This document shows, in pieces, positions 28,527-39,132 of a stretch of DNA of 64,000 nucleotides. The stretch's first letter is position 1. Each line of letters begins with the position of its first letter. The position numbers were made by a program, and so were the translations under genes. The DNA comes from Alteromonas sp. (GTDB taxonomy: Bacteria; Margulisbacteria; Marinamargulisbacteria; UBA6595): the NCBI GenBank assembly GCA_964220215.1, contig CAXPTH010000021.1, positions 31,826 to 95,825 on the forward strand, in the 5' to 3' direction. The notes under the pieces were generated by a model. It ran no database searches. It saw only the letters and a list, made by a program, of their open reading frames with translations, and was not told where the DNA came from.

Positions 28527-29300
28527 CTACGCCGCCTCCATTTTAAAAAATGCATCCGGATTTGCCATAATGTGCTTCAGAAAGGCAACGGGTCGCGCCA
28601 AGTCCGCCCCATCCACATACCGGTGATCCAATGTGGCATTAATCACCACGGTAAACCGGCCATCGGGTCGACGCTCGGGCTTTCCTACCGCAACGATACA
28701 CGCATTACGCGCCGTGGGATACAACGGAATATACGCATCCGATAATCCCAACGACCCCAATGACGTGAGAATGAACGATCCAAACGGATCCACCGGATAC
28801 CCGGGCACCGGCACGCGCAGTGTATTGGTCACAAAATCCAACAGTCGCACCGTCGGCCGCATCATAAACGATGGAACAAACTGAAGCCGCCGATACGTTT
28901 GTCGCATCAGCGTGTCGGGATTTTGCTTCAAATCCGCAACCGCAGCATGCACCGTTTGGGATAAGTCCGCCAGGTGCATCGACGCAATATCACGGATGCT
29001 CACCCCCGATAATTCATAGCCATACGCCATCGACAAATGTGTGGTTAAAAATGCATCCACTTGGTTGCGCTGCACCAAGCGGCCACAATGCAACCGCCGG
29101 TTTAAGTTGGGGTATCGGTCCATCACACGCGCTAACGCCCACGTCATAACATGATTGACCGTAATACTCTGCGCATTGTGACGAGCCAAATAAGCTTTAA
29201 CCGCTGTGTAATCCAACTCTAAACGGGCGTAAATGGCCGGTTGATTGGGCGCCGACCATGTATGAATGGCTAATTTTCGAAAGACACTTAGCGATGGCAT
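28527..29300 (-). CDS. Stand-alone 2-oxoacid dehydrogenase E2-type acyltransferase catalytic domain
   Basis: GSFILTSLGSLG, ATLDHRYVDG; no lipoyl or E3-binding domain. Confidence 0.8.
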   Translation of the reverse strand: MPSLSVFRKLAIHTWSAPNQPAIYARLELDYTAVKAYLARHNAQSITVNHVMTWALARVMDRYPNLNRRLHCGRLVQRNQVDAFLTTHLSMAYGYELSGVSIRDIASMHLADLSQTVHAAVADLKQNPDTLMRQTYRRLQFVPSFMMRPTVRLLDFVTNTLRVPVPGYPVDPFGSFILTSLGSLGLSDAYIPLYPTARNACIVAVGKPERRPDGRFTVVINATLDHRYVDGADLARPVAFLKHIMANPDAFFKMEAA

Positions 29301-30259
29301 GCCGCTCCACATAAAAAATACAGCAGCTGTGTAGCATTGATAATCCCTGTGCTTGTTGCAGCACCGGCCGCTTCCACACAATCAAAGCCAATAATCTGTC
29401 GCCCAGACGCCACCACCTGTTGAATTAAATACGTCACGTGCGGGTAGTGAAGCCCACCCGGAACTGGGGTCCCCGTATCGGGCACAAACCCCGGCTCTAA
29501 GCCGTCCACATCCACGGTAATATACACCTGCTCCGGCAACGGATCCACCATGCGCTGACACAGCGATTGCCACGACTGCCCCTCGAATAATGCCGTTTGC
29601 AAATCCCAATCAAACCAGGTATGAAACCCCTGATCATTCGCAAATGCCACTTCATCCAAACAATAATCCCGAATCCCCACTTGAACAACCGTATCCACGG
29701 CCGATACGCCCGCACATCGCCGCATGACGCTGGCATGAGAATGCTGCAAACCTTGATAGGCATCCCGGCAGTCCATATGGGCATCCACTTGCAAAATCCC
29801 AAACTGAGTGCGATGCTGGGCAATCCCAGCCACAACTCCAGCAGTAATGCTGTGCTCCCCACCCACAACCCCCATGCACGTTGTGTAGTTCGCCGATACG
29901 GTGTTCGCAATGGCGGCATGCACCGCTTCACACGCTGCATTTAAATCATCCGCTGCAGGCGAATTATCCAACCCATGCCACTCGGCCATATACGCACGCG
30001 CCGCTGGCGCATACATGCGTTGATACGTTGTCACCCGCTCAGGAGTCGGGATTGACTGAATCCCACGATCCACCACCGCCGTGCCAAACCAGGGATGGTG
30101 CACATCCACTTGATGCGACACCGCAAGCATATGCAGGGGTGCTTCGGCCGTTCCCGCTCGAAAGCTGGTGGTTAAATCCCAGCCAAGTGCCAAGATTGGC
30201 AGGGGATGGGCGGAACATTTGGGTAAATCAAACCAGGTTAAATTTGGGGTTGCGCTCAT
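29288..30259 (-). CDS. speB: Agmatinase / ureohydrolase family
   Basis: GGEHSIT, DAHMD, SHAS, DVDGL, TGTPVPGG. Confidence 0.82.
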   Translation of the reverse strand: MSATPNLTWFDLPKCSAHPLPILALGWDLTTSFRAGTAEAPLHMLAVSHQVDVHHPWFGTAVVDRGIQSIPTPERVTTYQRMYAPAARAYMAEWHGLDNSPAADDLNAACEAVHAAIANTVSANYTTCMGVVGGEHSITAGVVAGIAQHRTQFGILQVDAHMDCRDAYQGLQHSHASVMRRCAGVSAVDTVVQVGIRDYCLDEVAFANDQGFHTWFDWDLQTALFEGQSWQSLCQRMVDPLPEQVYITVDVDGLEPGFVPDTGTPVPGGLHYPHVTYLIQQVVASGRQIIGFDCVEAAGAATSTGIINATQLLYFLCGAACHR

Positions 30260-30311
30260 AAGTATGTATAATACCATGTTTAAAATTATTCGTATGGAGG
30301 TATTGATATAC

Positions 30312-30389
30312 CCATGTGGTCTAGAAGCTGCTGACAACCCAGCTTCTAATGGGGAGCCACATGGCTGAGCTATTCGTAGCTCAGCCCCC
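30312..30389. other. Structured intergenic element (nested stem plus 10-bp hairpin)
   Basis: CCATGTGG/CCACATGG, TAGAAGCTG/CAGCTTCTA, GGCTGAGCTA-TTCG-TAGCTCAGCC. Confidence 0.6.
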
Positions 30390-30391
30390 TA

Positions 30392-33300
30392 TCAGCTGGC
30401 GTAAAACCTTTGGATGGACTGAACATCAAAGGATGACTGGGCGTCCACAACCGCTTGAACCAGCATAGCAAACCCTTCAATAGTGGATATAAAGGGAATC
30501 TGATGCTCCAAAACGGCTCGGCGCAAAATACGCTCATCCTCCACATGGTGATGCGCACTGGTATTGACCACCCAGTCAACCCGCTCATGCTCAACCAACG
30601 TCAAGGACGAGGTATCGTTTTGATCGGCAATTTTATGCACACACTCACTCGCAATCCCATGCGTATTTAAATAATCATGCGTGCCTTGTGTTGCATAAAT
30701 ACGCACACCCAACTGCACCAGTTGGTTCACGTACGGCAATATAAATGGCTTATCCCGATCATTCACCGTGACAAACACCGCTTTAGGCGTTGGATTTTCC
30801 AACGATAGCGTACTTTGACGCGTCGCGACCTGCGCTTTTAAAAACGCCTGCGATACCGTTTTATCAATACCCATCACCTCTCCGGTTGACTTCATTTCTG
30901 GGCTGAGCAAGGTATCGGTATCTGAAAACTTGTTAAACGGAAACACCGCTTCTTTGACCGTATAATAACTCGGGATCACTTCAGACAATCCCATCGACTG
31001 AATCATTTCTCCCAACATCACCCGCGTGGCATACTTGACCCAAGGGACCCCAGCCGCTTTGGCAATGAAGGGTACCGTGCGAGACGCCCGAGGGTTCACT
31101 TCCAATACATAAAGCTGGTCATCTTTAATGGCAAATTGGACATTCATTAAGCCCACAACACGCAACGCTTTTGCCAAGGCAATAGCCGCTGCACGCATGG
31201 TGTCTTGCATCGCTTCGGATATTGAAAACGGTGGAAATACACAGGTTGAGTCTCCAGAATGCACCCCCGCTGGTTCAACATGCTGCAAAATACCAATCAC
31301 AATAGCATCCGTGCCATCCCCAATACAGTCAACATCCGCCTCAATCGAGCGATCCAAATATTGGTCGATGAGGACCGGTTTATCCCGCATGGGCCCAGCC
31401 ATATAGTAGCGCATATACTCAATCAAATCCGATTCGGTATAAATTACCCGCATTGAGGTTCCCCCAATCACGTAAGACGGACGAACTAAAACTGGATACT
31501 GAACCGATTCAGCCGCTGCAATCGCTGCCTCCAACGACGACGCCATAGCACTGTTGGGTTGTTTTAACCCACACTGGTCCAAAAGCTGCTTGGTTCGTTC
31601 ACGATCTTCACACCAGTCAATGCTATCCGGCGATGTGCCCAAAATAGGGATGCCCGCCGCATGCAATTCCGATACCAAGTTTAATGGGGTTTGCCCACCC
31701 AATTGAACAATGACCCCTTTGGGTTTTTCAGCCTTGTAAATGGCCAACACATCCTCAACCGTGATTGGCTCAAAAAACAAGCGATCGGAACAGTCAAAAT
31801 CCGTTGATACTGTTTCCGGGTTGGAATTAACCATAATGCTGGTGTAGCCCGCTTCACGCACTGCAAACGATGCATGCACACAGCAGTAATCAAATTCAAT
31901 GCCCTGGCCAATGCGGTTGGGGCCACTGCCCAAAATCATCACGGATTCTTTTGAATTGTCTTGACGCTCATCGCAGGTTTCATAGGTTGAATAATAATAC
32001 GGAGTTTGCGCTTCAAACTCAGCCGCACAGGTATCGACCAAACTGTAGGTCGGCGTCACCCCAAAGACCTCGCGACGCTCCCGAATGGTATCCACAGACT
32101 CACCAGAAATTCGGGCCAATTGCACATCCGAAAACCCATTGCGTTTCGCCAATAGAAGACCCGCTTTTGACGTAACGTCCAGCGTTTTACCCAGGTGAAC
32201 AATGGCTTCAAACTGCCACAAAAACCACCGATCAATATGCGTGAGGGTGTGAATCCTATCCACGGACCAACCTTGAGCCAAGGCTGTATACACATCCAAC
32301 AACCGATGGGCATGGGGGATAGCCAATCGCTGGGTCAATGTTTGGTCATCCAAAGTTTGGGGTTCCTGATCAAACCCAAATCCAAAACGCCCCAATTCTA
32401 AGGACCGCAAGCCTTTTTGCAAAGCTTCTTTAAAGGTACGGCCAATTGCCATCGCCTCACCAACCGATTTCATGCTAGTGCCCAAACTAACGATCGCATT
32501 CTTGCTAAATTTTTGCGTATCAAATCGGGGCAATTTGATCACACAGTAATCAAGAGCCGGCTCAAAACAAGCCGGTGTGGTTTGGGTAATATCATTGGTT
32601 AATTCATCCAGCGTATACCCAACGGATAACTTGGCCGCTAGTTTGGCGATGGGAAACCCCGTCGCTTTCGAGGCCAACGCTGAGCTGCGTGATACCCGTG
32701 GATTCATTTCAATAACAATAATTCGCCCATCGGCTGGGTTTAAGGCAAATTGAACATTGGCACCACCGGTATTCACCCCAATTTCGCGCATAATATCAAT
32801 GGCTGCATTGCGCAAACGCTGGTAATCTTTATCGGTTAATGTTTGCGCCGGGGCTACCGTAATTGAATCCCCAGTATGCACACCCATGGCGTCAATGTTT
32901 TCAATTGAACACACAATCACAACATTATCACTGTGATCGCGCATGACTTCCAATTCAAATTCCTTCCAGCCCACAATGGACTCTTCAATTAACACTTCGG
33001 TCATAATGCTGTTGCGCAACCCACTGTCTACAATGGCACACAATTCCTCTGGATTTGCCGCAATACCCCCACCGGTCCCCCCCAAGGTAAATGCAGGACG
33101 CACAACCACCGGATAGCCCAACGCTTCCGCTTGCTCTAAGGCTGATTCTCGGGTGTAGGCCACACTGGACCGGGCAGACTCTAAACCAATGCGCGCCATG
33201 GCCGCTTTAAATTCCCCCCGATCCTCCGCCTTGTGAATGACAGCTGGATCCGCACCAATAAGCGAGACATTGTACCGGTCTAAAATGCCTTCGTGATCCA

Positions 33301-33604
33301 AGGCTAACGCCAAGTTTAATGCTGTTTGCCCGCCTACCGTGGGCAATATGGCGCAGGGGCGCTCTTTTTGGATAATTTTTTCAACGACGGATACCGTCAG
33401 CGGTTCAATATAAGTTTGATCGGCCATAATGGGATCGGTCATAATGGTTGCGGGATTTGAGTTGACCAAGATAACGCGATAGCCTTCTTCTTTCAAGGCC
33501 TTGCAAGCTTGAGTCCCTGAATAGTCAAATTCACACGCCTGACCAATAACAATAGGGCCTGCGCCAATCACTAAAATTGTATGAATGTCGGTTCGTTTTG
33601 GCAT
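30392..33604 (-). CDS. carB: Carbamoyl-phosphate synthase large subunit
   Basis: [36 protein letters not shown]. Confidence 0.98.
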   Translation of the reverse strand: MPKRTDIHTILVIGAGPIVIGQACEFDYSGTQACKALKEEGYRVILVNSNPATIMTDPIMADQTYIEPLTVSVVEKIIQKERPCAILPTVGGQTALNLALALDHEGILDRYNVSLIGADPAVIHKAEDRGEFKAAMARIGLESARSSVAYTRESALEQAEALGYPVVVRPAFTLGGTGGGIAANPEELCAIVDSGLRNSIMTEVLIEESIVGWKEFELEVMRDHSDNVVIVCSIENIDAMGVHTGDSITVAPAQTLTDKDYQRLRNAAIDIMREIGVNTGGANVQFALNPADGRIIVIEMNPRVSRSSALASKATGFPIAKLAAKLSVGYTLDELTNDITQTTPACFEPALDYCVIKLPRFDTQKFSKNAIVSLGTSMKSVGEAMAIGRTFKEALQKGLRSLELGRFGFGFDQEPQTLDDQTLTQRLAIPHAHRLLDVYTALAQGWSVDRIHTLTHIDRWFLWQFEAIVHLGKTLDVTSKAGLLLAKRNGFSDVQLARISGESVDTIRERREVFGVTPTYSLVDTCAAEFEAQTPYYYSTYETCDERQDNSKESVMILGSGPNRIGQGIEFDYCCVHASFAVREAGYTSIMVNSNPETVSTDFDCSDRLFFEPITVEDVLAIYKAEKPKGVIVQLGGQTPLNLVSELHAAGIPILGTSPDSIDWCEDRERTKQLLDQCGLKQPNSAMASSLEAAIAAAESVQYPVLVRPSYVIGGTSMRVIYTESDLIEYMRYYMAGPMRDKPVLIDQYLDRSIEADVDCIGDGTDAIVIGILQHVEPAGVHSGDSTCVFPPFSISEAMQDTMRAAAIALAKALRVVGLMNVQFAIKDDQLYVLEVNPRASRTVPFIAKAAGVPWVKYATRVMLGEMIQSMGLSEVIPSYYTVKEAVFPFNKFSDTDTLLSPEMKSTGEVMGIDKTVSQAFLKAQVATRQSTLSLENPTPKAVFVTVNDRDKPFILPYVNQLVQLGVRIYATQGTHDYLNTHGIASECVHKIADQNDTSSLTLVEHERVDWVVNTSAHHHVEDERILRRAVLEHQIPFISTIEGFAMLVQAVVDAQSSFDVQSIQRFYAS

Positions 33605-33606
33605 AC

Positions 33607-34701
33607 TTATTGCACCACGGCGACTTGCATCGCTTGAATAAACTGATCAAAGAACCCAACACTATCGTGCGGGCCCGGTCCCGCTTCTGGGTGAAACTGA
33701 ACGGATCGAATCGACCCATCTTGGTTGCGAATACCCGCTACCGTTTGGTCATTCAGGTTGGTATGCGTAATCGAAAACCCAGCGGCAGCAATGCCATCGG
33801 GATCCACCGCAAACCCATGATTTTGGGCCGTAATTTCAATTTTGTTTCTTTCAACATTCCAAACCGGGTGATTGGAGCCATGGTGACCAAACGTTAGCTT
33901 ATACGTTTTAATACCATGCGCCAAGGCAATCAGTTGATGACCCAAGCAAATACCATAAATTGGCAATTTACCTCGCAAGGCTTGAATCAAGGTAATGACA
34001 CTCGTCACCGGCTCTGGATCGCCCGGTCCGTTTGAAACCATCACCCCATTGTAATCCCCATTTAAAATCACATCTGGCGTTACTGTAACTGGGTAGATAT
34101 CACATAAACACCCATGCTGAGTCAAATAATTCAATGTAGAGGACTTAACGCCACAGTCCACAATCGCCACCCGGTACTGAACGGTATCCGGCTGATCCCA
34201 GGTATACGCCGCTGAGCAGCTGACTCGGCTGGCTAAATCCTGGCCTTCCACACTGGATACCAAGGGCAATCGACTCACTATAGTATCGACCGAATCGGTC
34301 GAATCGGTAATCACCGCCGGCTTTGCGCCAAACGCACGAATATACCGGGTTAGCGCACGGGTATCAACATCGGTAATGCCCCAAATACTAGACGCTGCCA
34401 AATACTCTTTCAAGGACTGCGTCGCTTGGTAATGCGAATACTGGTCCACATAATCACGAACAATTAGGGCACTCAGGTGGATGGCCTTGGACTCGCCATC
34501 CGCCGAATTAATGCCATAGTTGCCAATCATCGGGTAGGTCATAACAACCCCTTGGCCCGCATACGATGGATCCGTTAAAACTTCCTGGTACCCTTGCATC
34601 GCTGTATTAAAAACCAGCTCCGCAACCTGCTCGGATCCTGTCGAAAACGCCACCCCGTGAAATACCGTTTTGTCGTCAAATATGAGACGAACGGCACTCA
34701 C
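33607..34701 (-). CDS. carA: Carbamoyl-phosphate synthase small subunit
   Basis: FNTAM.GYQE.LTDPSY, SNGPGDP, GICLGHQ, QFHPEA; GTG start overlaps the glnII stop. Confidence 0.97.
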   Translation of the reverse strand: MSAVRLIFDDKTVFHGVAFSTGSEQVAELVFNTAMQGYQEVLTDPSYAGQGVVMTYPMIGNYGINSADGESKAIHLSALIVRDYVDQYSHYQATQSLKEYLAASSIWGITDVDTRALTRYIRAFGAKPAVITDSTDSVDTIVSRLPLVSSVEGQDLASRVSCSAAYTWDQPDTVQYRVAIVDCGVKSSTLNYLTQHGCLCDIYPVTVTPDVILNGDYNGVMVSNGPGDPEPVTSVITLIQALRGKLPIYGICLGHQLIALAHGIKTYKLTFGHHGSNHPVWNVERNKIEITAQNHGFAVDPDGIAAAGFSITHTNLNDQTVAGIRNQDGSIRSVQFHPEAGPGPHDSVGFFDQFIQAMQVAVVQ

Positions 34702-35771
34702 AGATTTGGAAAGCTGTAACCGCAAATGGTTGCTAGAAGCCGAGCTGCGACTAAATACGGATCCACATTTGCACCCGGCCGACGATCTTCCAAGTACCCA
34801 TAGCCCTTTTCAGACGTTGCCATTGGCACACGAATCGATGCGCCACGGTCTGAATCCCCTACTTTAAACGTATTAATGTCACAGGTTTCATGCAACCCCG
34901 TGAGTCGCTGATCCAAATTGGCGCCATACACTTGAATATGCTCAGCATGCTTGGCTTCAAACGCTTGAATTACACGGGCAATCTCGGCTTTGCCAGACGC
35001 TGCATCGCGCATCAGCTTGGTAGAAAAATTAGTGTGGCATCCAGCGCCATTCCAATCCCCTTTTATGGGTTTGTTGTCATAGGAAACGCGAACCCCATAG
35101 GTTTCACTGAGTCGATCCATCAACCAGGTGGCCAACCACATGTGGTCAGTAACCAACAACGGGTCCGATGGCTCATCAAAGCCACGGTATCCAATTTGAA
35201 ATTCCCATTGTCCCAACATCACTTCAGCGTTGGTGCCGTAAATTAACAATCCGGCGTCCAAACAGGCTTCTAAGTGATCTTCAGACAAATCGCGTCCCGC
35301 TACGCGTGTTCCACCAACACCGCAGTAGTATGGCCCTTGAGGACCCGGGTACCCACCCTCTGGCCAGCCGTACGGATGTCCGGATTCATCCAACAAGGTG
35401 TACTCTTGCTCAAAGCCAAACCAAGCATCTTGCTGATCCGCCCCTTGGTCTAAAATATCGCGCAACACCGCGCGGGTATTGGTTTTATGGGGTTTGCCTG
35501 ATCGATCGTACACTTCACACAACACCAAATAATTACCCTCTCCCCGAATCGGATCATGAACAAATCGAACCGGCTTCAAAATACAATCGGAGTTGTCCCC
35601 AGTGGCTTGATTGGTCGAGGATCCATCAAATCCCCAGTCCGGAAACTGATCAACCGACGTAATGGGCTTGTCTTCGATAACCCGTGTCTTCGAGCGAACC
35701 AATTTCATCGGTTCTGAACCGTCTAACCATATATACTCAGCCACCATACAGTTTTTGTAGTCGATTGTCAT
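34698..35771 (-). CDS. glnII: Glutamine synthetase type II
   Basis: AEYIWLDG, WGFDGSST, QGPYYCGVG, NAEVM.GQWEFQ, WNGAGCHTNFST, YLEDRRP. Confidence 0.93.
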   Translation of the reverse strand: MTIDYKNCMVAEYIWLDGSEPMKLVRSKTRVIEDKPITSVDQFPDWGFDGSSTNQATGDNSDCILKPVRFVHDPIRGEGNYLVLCEVYDRSGKPHKTNTRAVLRDILDQGADQQDAWFGFEQEYTLLDESGHPYGWPEGGYPGPQGPYYCGVGGTRVAGRDLSEDHLEACLDAGLLIYGTNAEVMLGQWEFQIGYRGFDEPSDPLLVTDHMWLATWLMDRLSETYGVRVSYDNKPIKGDWNGAGCHTNFSTKLMRDAASGKAEIARVIQAFEAKHAEHIQVYGANLDQRLTGLHETCDINTFKVGDSDRGASIRVPMATSEKGYGYLEDRRPGANVDPYLVAARLLATICGYSFPNL

Positions 35772-35852
35772 TGTTTTGTTCCTATTTGATTTAAATTATG
35801 CCTTAATAAAATATAGCTATAATTGTACCAAACCCCCACAATTTGTGTCTAG

Positions 35853-35898
35853 AAAAAAACTGGCCACCCCCGCTATTGAGTCTGCAGGAAGTGGCCAG
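35853..35898 (-). terminator. Probable intrinsic terminator of groEL
   Basis: CTGGCCAC/GTGGCCAG stem with a long loop, followed by U7 on the minus strand. Confidence 0.5.
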
Positions 35899-35929
35899 AA
35901 AACTTGGATTTACAATCCAAATGTTTTGT

Positions 35930-37564
35930 TTAGTAAGGCATTTCCGGATGACCGCCGGCAGCTACCTCTTTTTTCTCTTCTGGCTTGTCTGCCATTAAGA
36001 CCGATGTAGTTAAGATTAGCCCAACAATAGACCCTGCGTTTTGCAAAGCCAAGATTGTTACTTTAGCCGGATCTACAACACCTGCTTCAAATAGGTTTTC
36101 AAACTGCCCTTTACGTGCATTGTAGCCAACGTTTTCATCGGTTTGGTTTTTAGCTTCAGCCAAAATAACGGCTGGCTCTTGACCCGAATTGGCCGCAATG
36201 ATAGACAATGGATCATTAAGCGCATCCGCAACAATTTTGTAACCCACACGAACATCATCATGCCCTTGCGTCTCTAGTTTTTTATTCAAAGCTTTTTGAA
36301 CCAGAAGCAAGATCATACCACCACCGATAACAATACCGTCTTCAACAGCAGCTTTCGTAGCGGCAAGCGCATCCTCAACTCGGAATTTCTTCTCTTTTTG
36401 CTCCGTTTCAGTTGCGGCACCAATGCGCAATACGGCAACACCACCGGATAAACGCGCCAATCGCTCTTGCAATTTTTCTTTATCGTAGGATGAATCTGTA
36501 TTGTCGATTTCATATCGAATTTGAGCAATACGATCGGTAATTTCTGATTTTTGACCTTTACCTTGAACGATTGTTGTATTTTCTTTGTCTGCTTTAACTT
36601 TATCAGCCGAACCCAAATCTTCAATGGTCACATCTTCTAACGATTGTCCCAACTCACTCAGTACGGCTTGCGCACCCACCAACGTGGCAATGTCTTTCAA
36701 CATTTCTTTTCTTCGATCACCAAAACCAGGGGCTTTAACCGCCAATACGTTTAGTGCTCCACGAAGCTTATTCACAACCAATGTTGATAAGGCTTCGCCA
36801 TCCACATCTTCAGCAATAATAACAAGGGGTCGAGATGCCTGCGCTACTTTTTCTAGTACTGGCAAAATATCTTTAATAGCTGAAATCTTTTTGTCGGTAA
36901 CTAAAATGAATGGGTTGTCAAATTCAGCAACCATGCGCTCTTTATCGGTTACCATGTAGGGTGATACATAGCCCTTGTCAAACTGCATGCCTTCAACCAC
37001 TTCCAATTCTGTTTTCATCCCTTTGGATTCTTCAACAGTAATGACACCGTCATTGCCAACTTTTTCCATAGCATCCGCAATCAACTGACCAATTTCTTCA
37101 TCATTGTTTCCAGAAATTGTTGCGACTTGCTGCTTGGCTTCTTTGGTTTTAACGGCTTGGCTGCGCTGCTTAATTTCTTCAACAGCATCGGCTACCGCAG
37201 CTGAAATCCCTTGTTTGATTTTTACTGGGTTGTGACCGGCCACAATGGCTTTTAGTCCTTGTTTGAAAATGGCACGACCCAACACCGTGGCGGTTGTTGT
37301 TCCATCACCGGCACCATCATTGGTTTTGGATGCAATTTCTTTAATTAATTGCGCACCCATGTTTTCAAATGGGTCTTCAAGCTCAACTTCCTTGGCAATA
37401 GTCACACCATCATTAGTAATAACTGGCGATCCCCATTTCTTTTCTAAAACTACGTTGTTCCCGTTAGGACCCAATGTAGAGCCCACAGCTTGAGCGACTT
37501 TTTCAATCCCTTCGGCTAACGCCACCCAGGCTTCTTGATCTGACTTAAATTGTTTTGCTGACAT
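35930..37564 (-). CDS. groL: Chaperonin GroEL
   Basis: [35 protein letters not shown]. Confidence 0.98.
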   Translation of the reverse strand: MSAKQFKSDQEAWVALAEGIEKVAQAVGSTLGPNGNNVVLEKKWGSPVITNDGVTIAKEVELEDPFENMGAQLIKEIASKTNDGAGDGTTTATVLGRAIFKQGLKAIVAGHNPVKIKQGISAAVADAVEEIKQRSQAVKTKEAKQQVATISGNNDEEIGQLIADAMEKVGNDGVITVEESKGMKTELEVVEGMQFDKGYVSPYMVTDKERMVAEFDNPFILVTDKKISAIKDILPVLEKVAQASRPLVIIAEDVDGEALSTLVVNKLRGALNVLAVKAPGFGDRRKEMLKDIATLVGAQAVLSELGQSLEDVTIEDLGSADKVKADKENTTIVQGKGQKSEITDRIAQIRYEIDNTDSSYDKEKLQERLARLSGGVAVLRIGAATETEQKEKKFRVEDALAATKAAVEDGIVIGGGMILLLVQKALNKKLETQGHDDVRVGYKIVADALNDPLSIIAANSGQEPAVILAEAKNQTDENVGYNARKGQFENLFEAGVVDPAKVTILALQNAGSIVGLILTTSVLMADKPEEKKEVAAGGHPEMPY

Positions 37565-37586
37565 TTTAAACTCCCTATCTATACTA

Positions 37587-37886
37587 TTACGACTGTTGAA
37601 CCGCTAACACATCATCTTCTGACAAGATAATTAGTGTTTCACCATCCACTTCCACTTCTGTACCACCATACTTTGAATGCAAGACAATATCGCCCACATT
37701 CACAGACAATTTGATCACATCCCCAGCATCGTTGGCTTTTCCAGGCCCAACGGCAATCACTTCACCCAATGTTGGCTTTTCATTGGAAGACCCGGGCAAG
37801 ACGATACCCGATGCGGTAATTTTTTCTTCTTCTTTTGGTTTAACAATTACCCGATTGGACAATGGCTTAAACGTACGTTTCGACAT
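37587..37886 (-). CDS. groS: Co-chaperonin GroES
   Basis: [34 protein letters not shown]. Confidence 0.97.
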   Translation of the reverse strand: MSKRTFKPLSNRVIVKPKEEEKITASGIVLPGSSNEKPTLGEVIAVGPGKANDAGDVIKLSVNVGDIVLHSKYGGTEVEVDGETLIILSEDDVLAVQQS

Positions 37887-38038
37887 TATTTCTCCTTTTT
37901 AAAAACTATGATTAACACGAATCAAACCCAATAAGACAACAATAATACTAGTATACCAACGAATTCAAAATCATGCGACACGAGTTGCGAGACAACCGCA
38001 CTGATTTGCAATAACGTTGCTATACGATTGCAAAATAG

Positions 38039-38055
38039 TGCACCAAGTGTGCCAA
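38039..38055 (-). promoter_or_regulatory. Possible sigma54 -24/-12 promoter upstream of groES
   Basis: Minus strand TTGGCACACTTGGTGCA (GG-N10-GC). Confidence 0.4.
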
Positions 38056-38232
38056 TTGCACACGGCGGCTCTCCTTCGCATAAACGACCAGAAGCAGGCA
38101 GCGCCCAGCGTCTTCAAGCGTTTAAAAAATAAACAATACGGTCCTTAATTTGTTTAAATACTGTACAGTTGACAGTGAAACGATAAACCGGGGATACTAA
38201 TGTACTTAAGATTAAAACTTATGGAGAAACAA

Positions 38233-38703
38233 ATGGGATACGAATTTAAAGAACGCAAAAGCATTGAGCAAGTTGAAGAATCCAATGATTTGGCCCCTAA
38301 ATTTGATGCGCATGGGCTCATCCCGGTTATTACAACCGATGCCACATCCGGCGAAGTTTTAATGCATGGGTATATGAATGCGGAGGCCTTCCAACAAACA
38401 CTAAAAACAGGGGAAGCTGTTTATTATTCAAGAAGCCGAAAGACACTATGGCACAAAGGAAAAACCAGCGGGCTAATCCAAACCGTTCGGTCTATTCGTA
38501 TTGATGATGACCAAGATTGCCTCTGGCTGCAGGTGGATGTCGCCGGTTCAGCCAGTTGTCATGTGGGATACCGATCCTGCTTTTACCGCGAAATTGCCGT
38601 GAATCCCAATAACCAAACCGCTAGTCTTGTTTTCCTAGAAAGCGAAAAAGTATTTGACCCCAAAGCCGTCTACGGCGACGCTCCAAACCCCACACAACTA
38701 TAA
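38233..38703 (+). CDS. hisI: Phosphoribosyl-AMP cyclohydrolase
   Basis: GLIPVI, YYSRSR..LWHKG.TSG, DDDQD, CHVGYRSCFY; GGAG SD. Confidence 0.93.
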   Translation: MGYEFKERKSIEQVEESNDLAPKFDAHGLIPVITTDATSGEVLMHGYMNAEAFQQTLKTGEAVYYSRSRKTLWHKGKTSGLIQTVRSIRIDDDQDCLWLQVDVAGSASCHVGYRSCFYREIAVNPNNQTASLVFLESEKVFDPKAVYGDAPNPTQL

Positions 38704-38714
38704 TATATAAAAAC

Positions 38715-38745
38715 AAAAAGGCCTCTAAATTTAGAGGCCTTTTTT
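38715..38745. terminator. Bidirectional intrinsic terminator
   Basis: AAAAAGGCCTCTAAATTTAGAGGCCTTTTTT between convergent genes. Confidence 0.85.
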
Positions 38746-38776
38746 AACTAAGCTTAAGCAAGAAATGCTATGTACT

Positions 38777-38980
38777 TTATGCTTTAGTTTCAGGTGCTGC
38801 TGACGCGTTCCAGTCTTTTTCAGAACAAAACTTCGTTAGTTTTGTACCATCGTCTTCGCATCGAAATGCGTACCGGTATTGAACACCGTTGTCGGTTGTT
38901 CGTGGGTACTTTACTTTTGTGTAATTACTAATTTTGACTTTTTTTCTTTTTTTTACATTATAAAATTCAACTTCAACCAT
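38777..38980 (-). CDS. Small basic protein, CC1/DUF5679-like
   Basis: 67 aa with GGAG SD; VEFYNVKKRKKV...GTKLTKF pattern. Confidence 0.7.
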   Translation of the reverse strand: MVEVEFYNVKKRKKVKISNYTKVKYPRTTDNGVQYRYAFRCEDDGTKLTKFCSEKDWNASAAPETKA

Positions 38981-39132
38981 ACTGAACTCCTTCATTCGTT
39001 TTAAACCAATACAAATACAACAAGACAAACTATACCAATAATTCAACGCTCAAATCAAGCGTACGTCTGTATCAAAATAAATGAGCGACCAATTGGTCAG
39101 TGTCGGATTGACTGCGTTACAATACCAGTACG

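Noticed and set aside
30363..30386. Guanidine-II riboswitch upstream of the ureohydrolase
   Set aside because: Only one ACGA-containing hairpin on the minus strand; the motif needs two G-ACGR-C loops.
30351..30400. TPP riboswitch (GGGGAGCC..GGCTGAG..CCCCTATCAGCTG)
   Set aside because: The P4/P5 half is missing, the match runs antisense into carB, and there is no downstream + strand gene.
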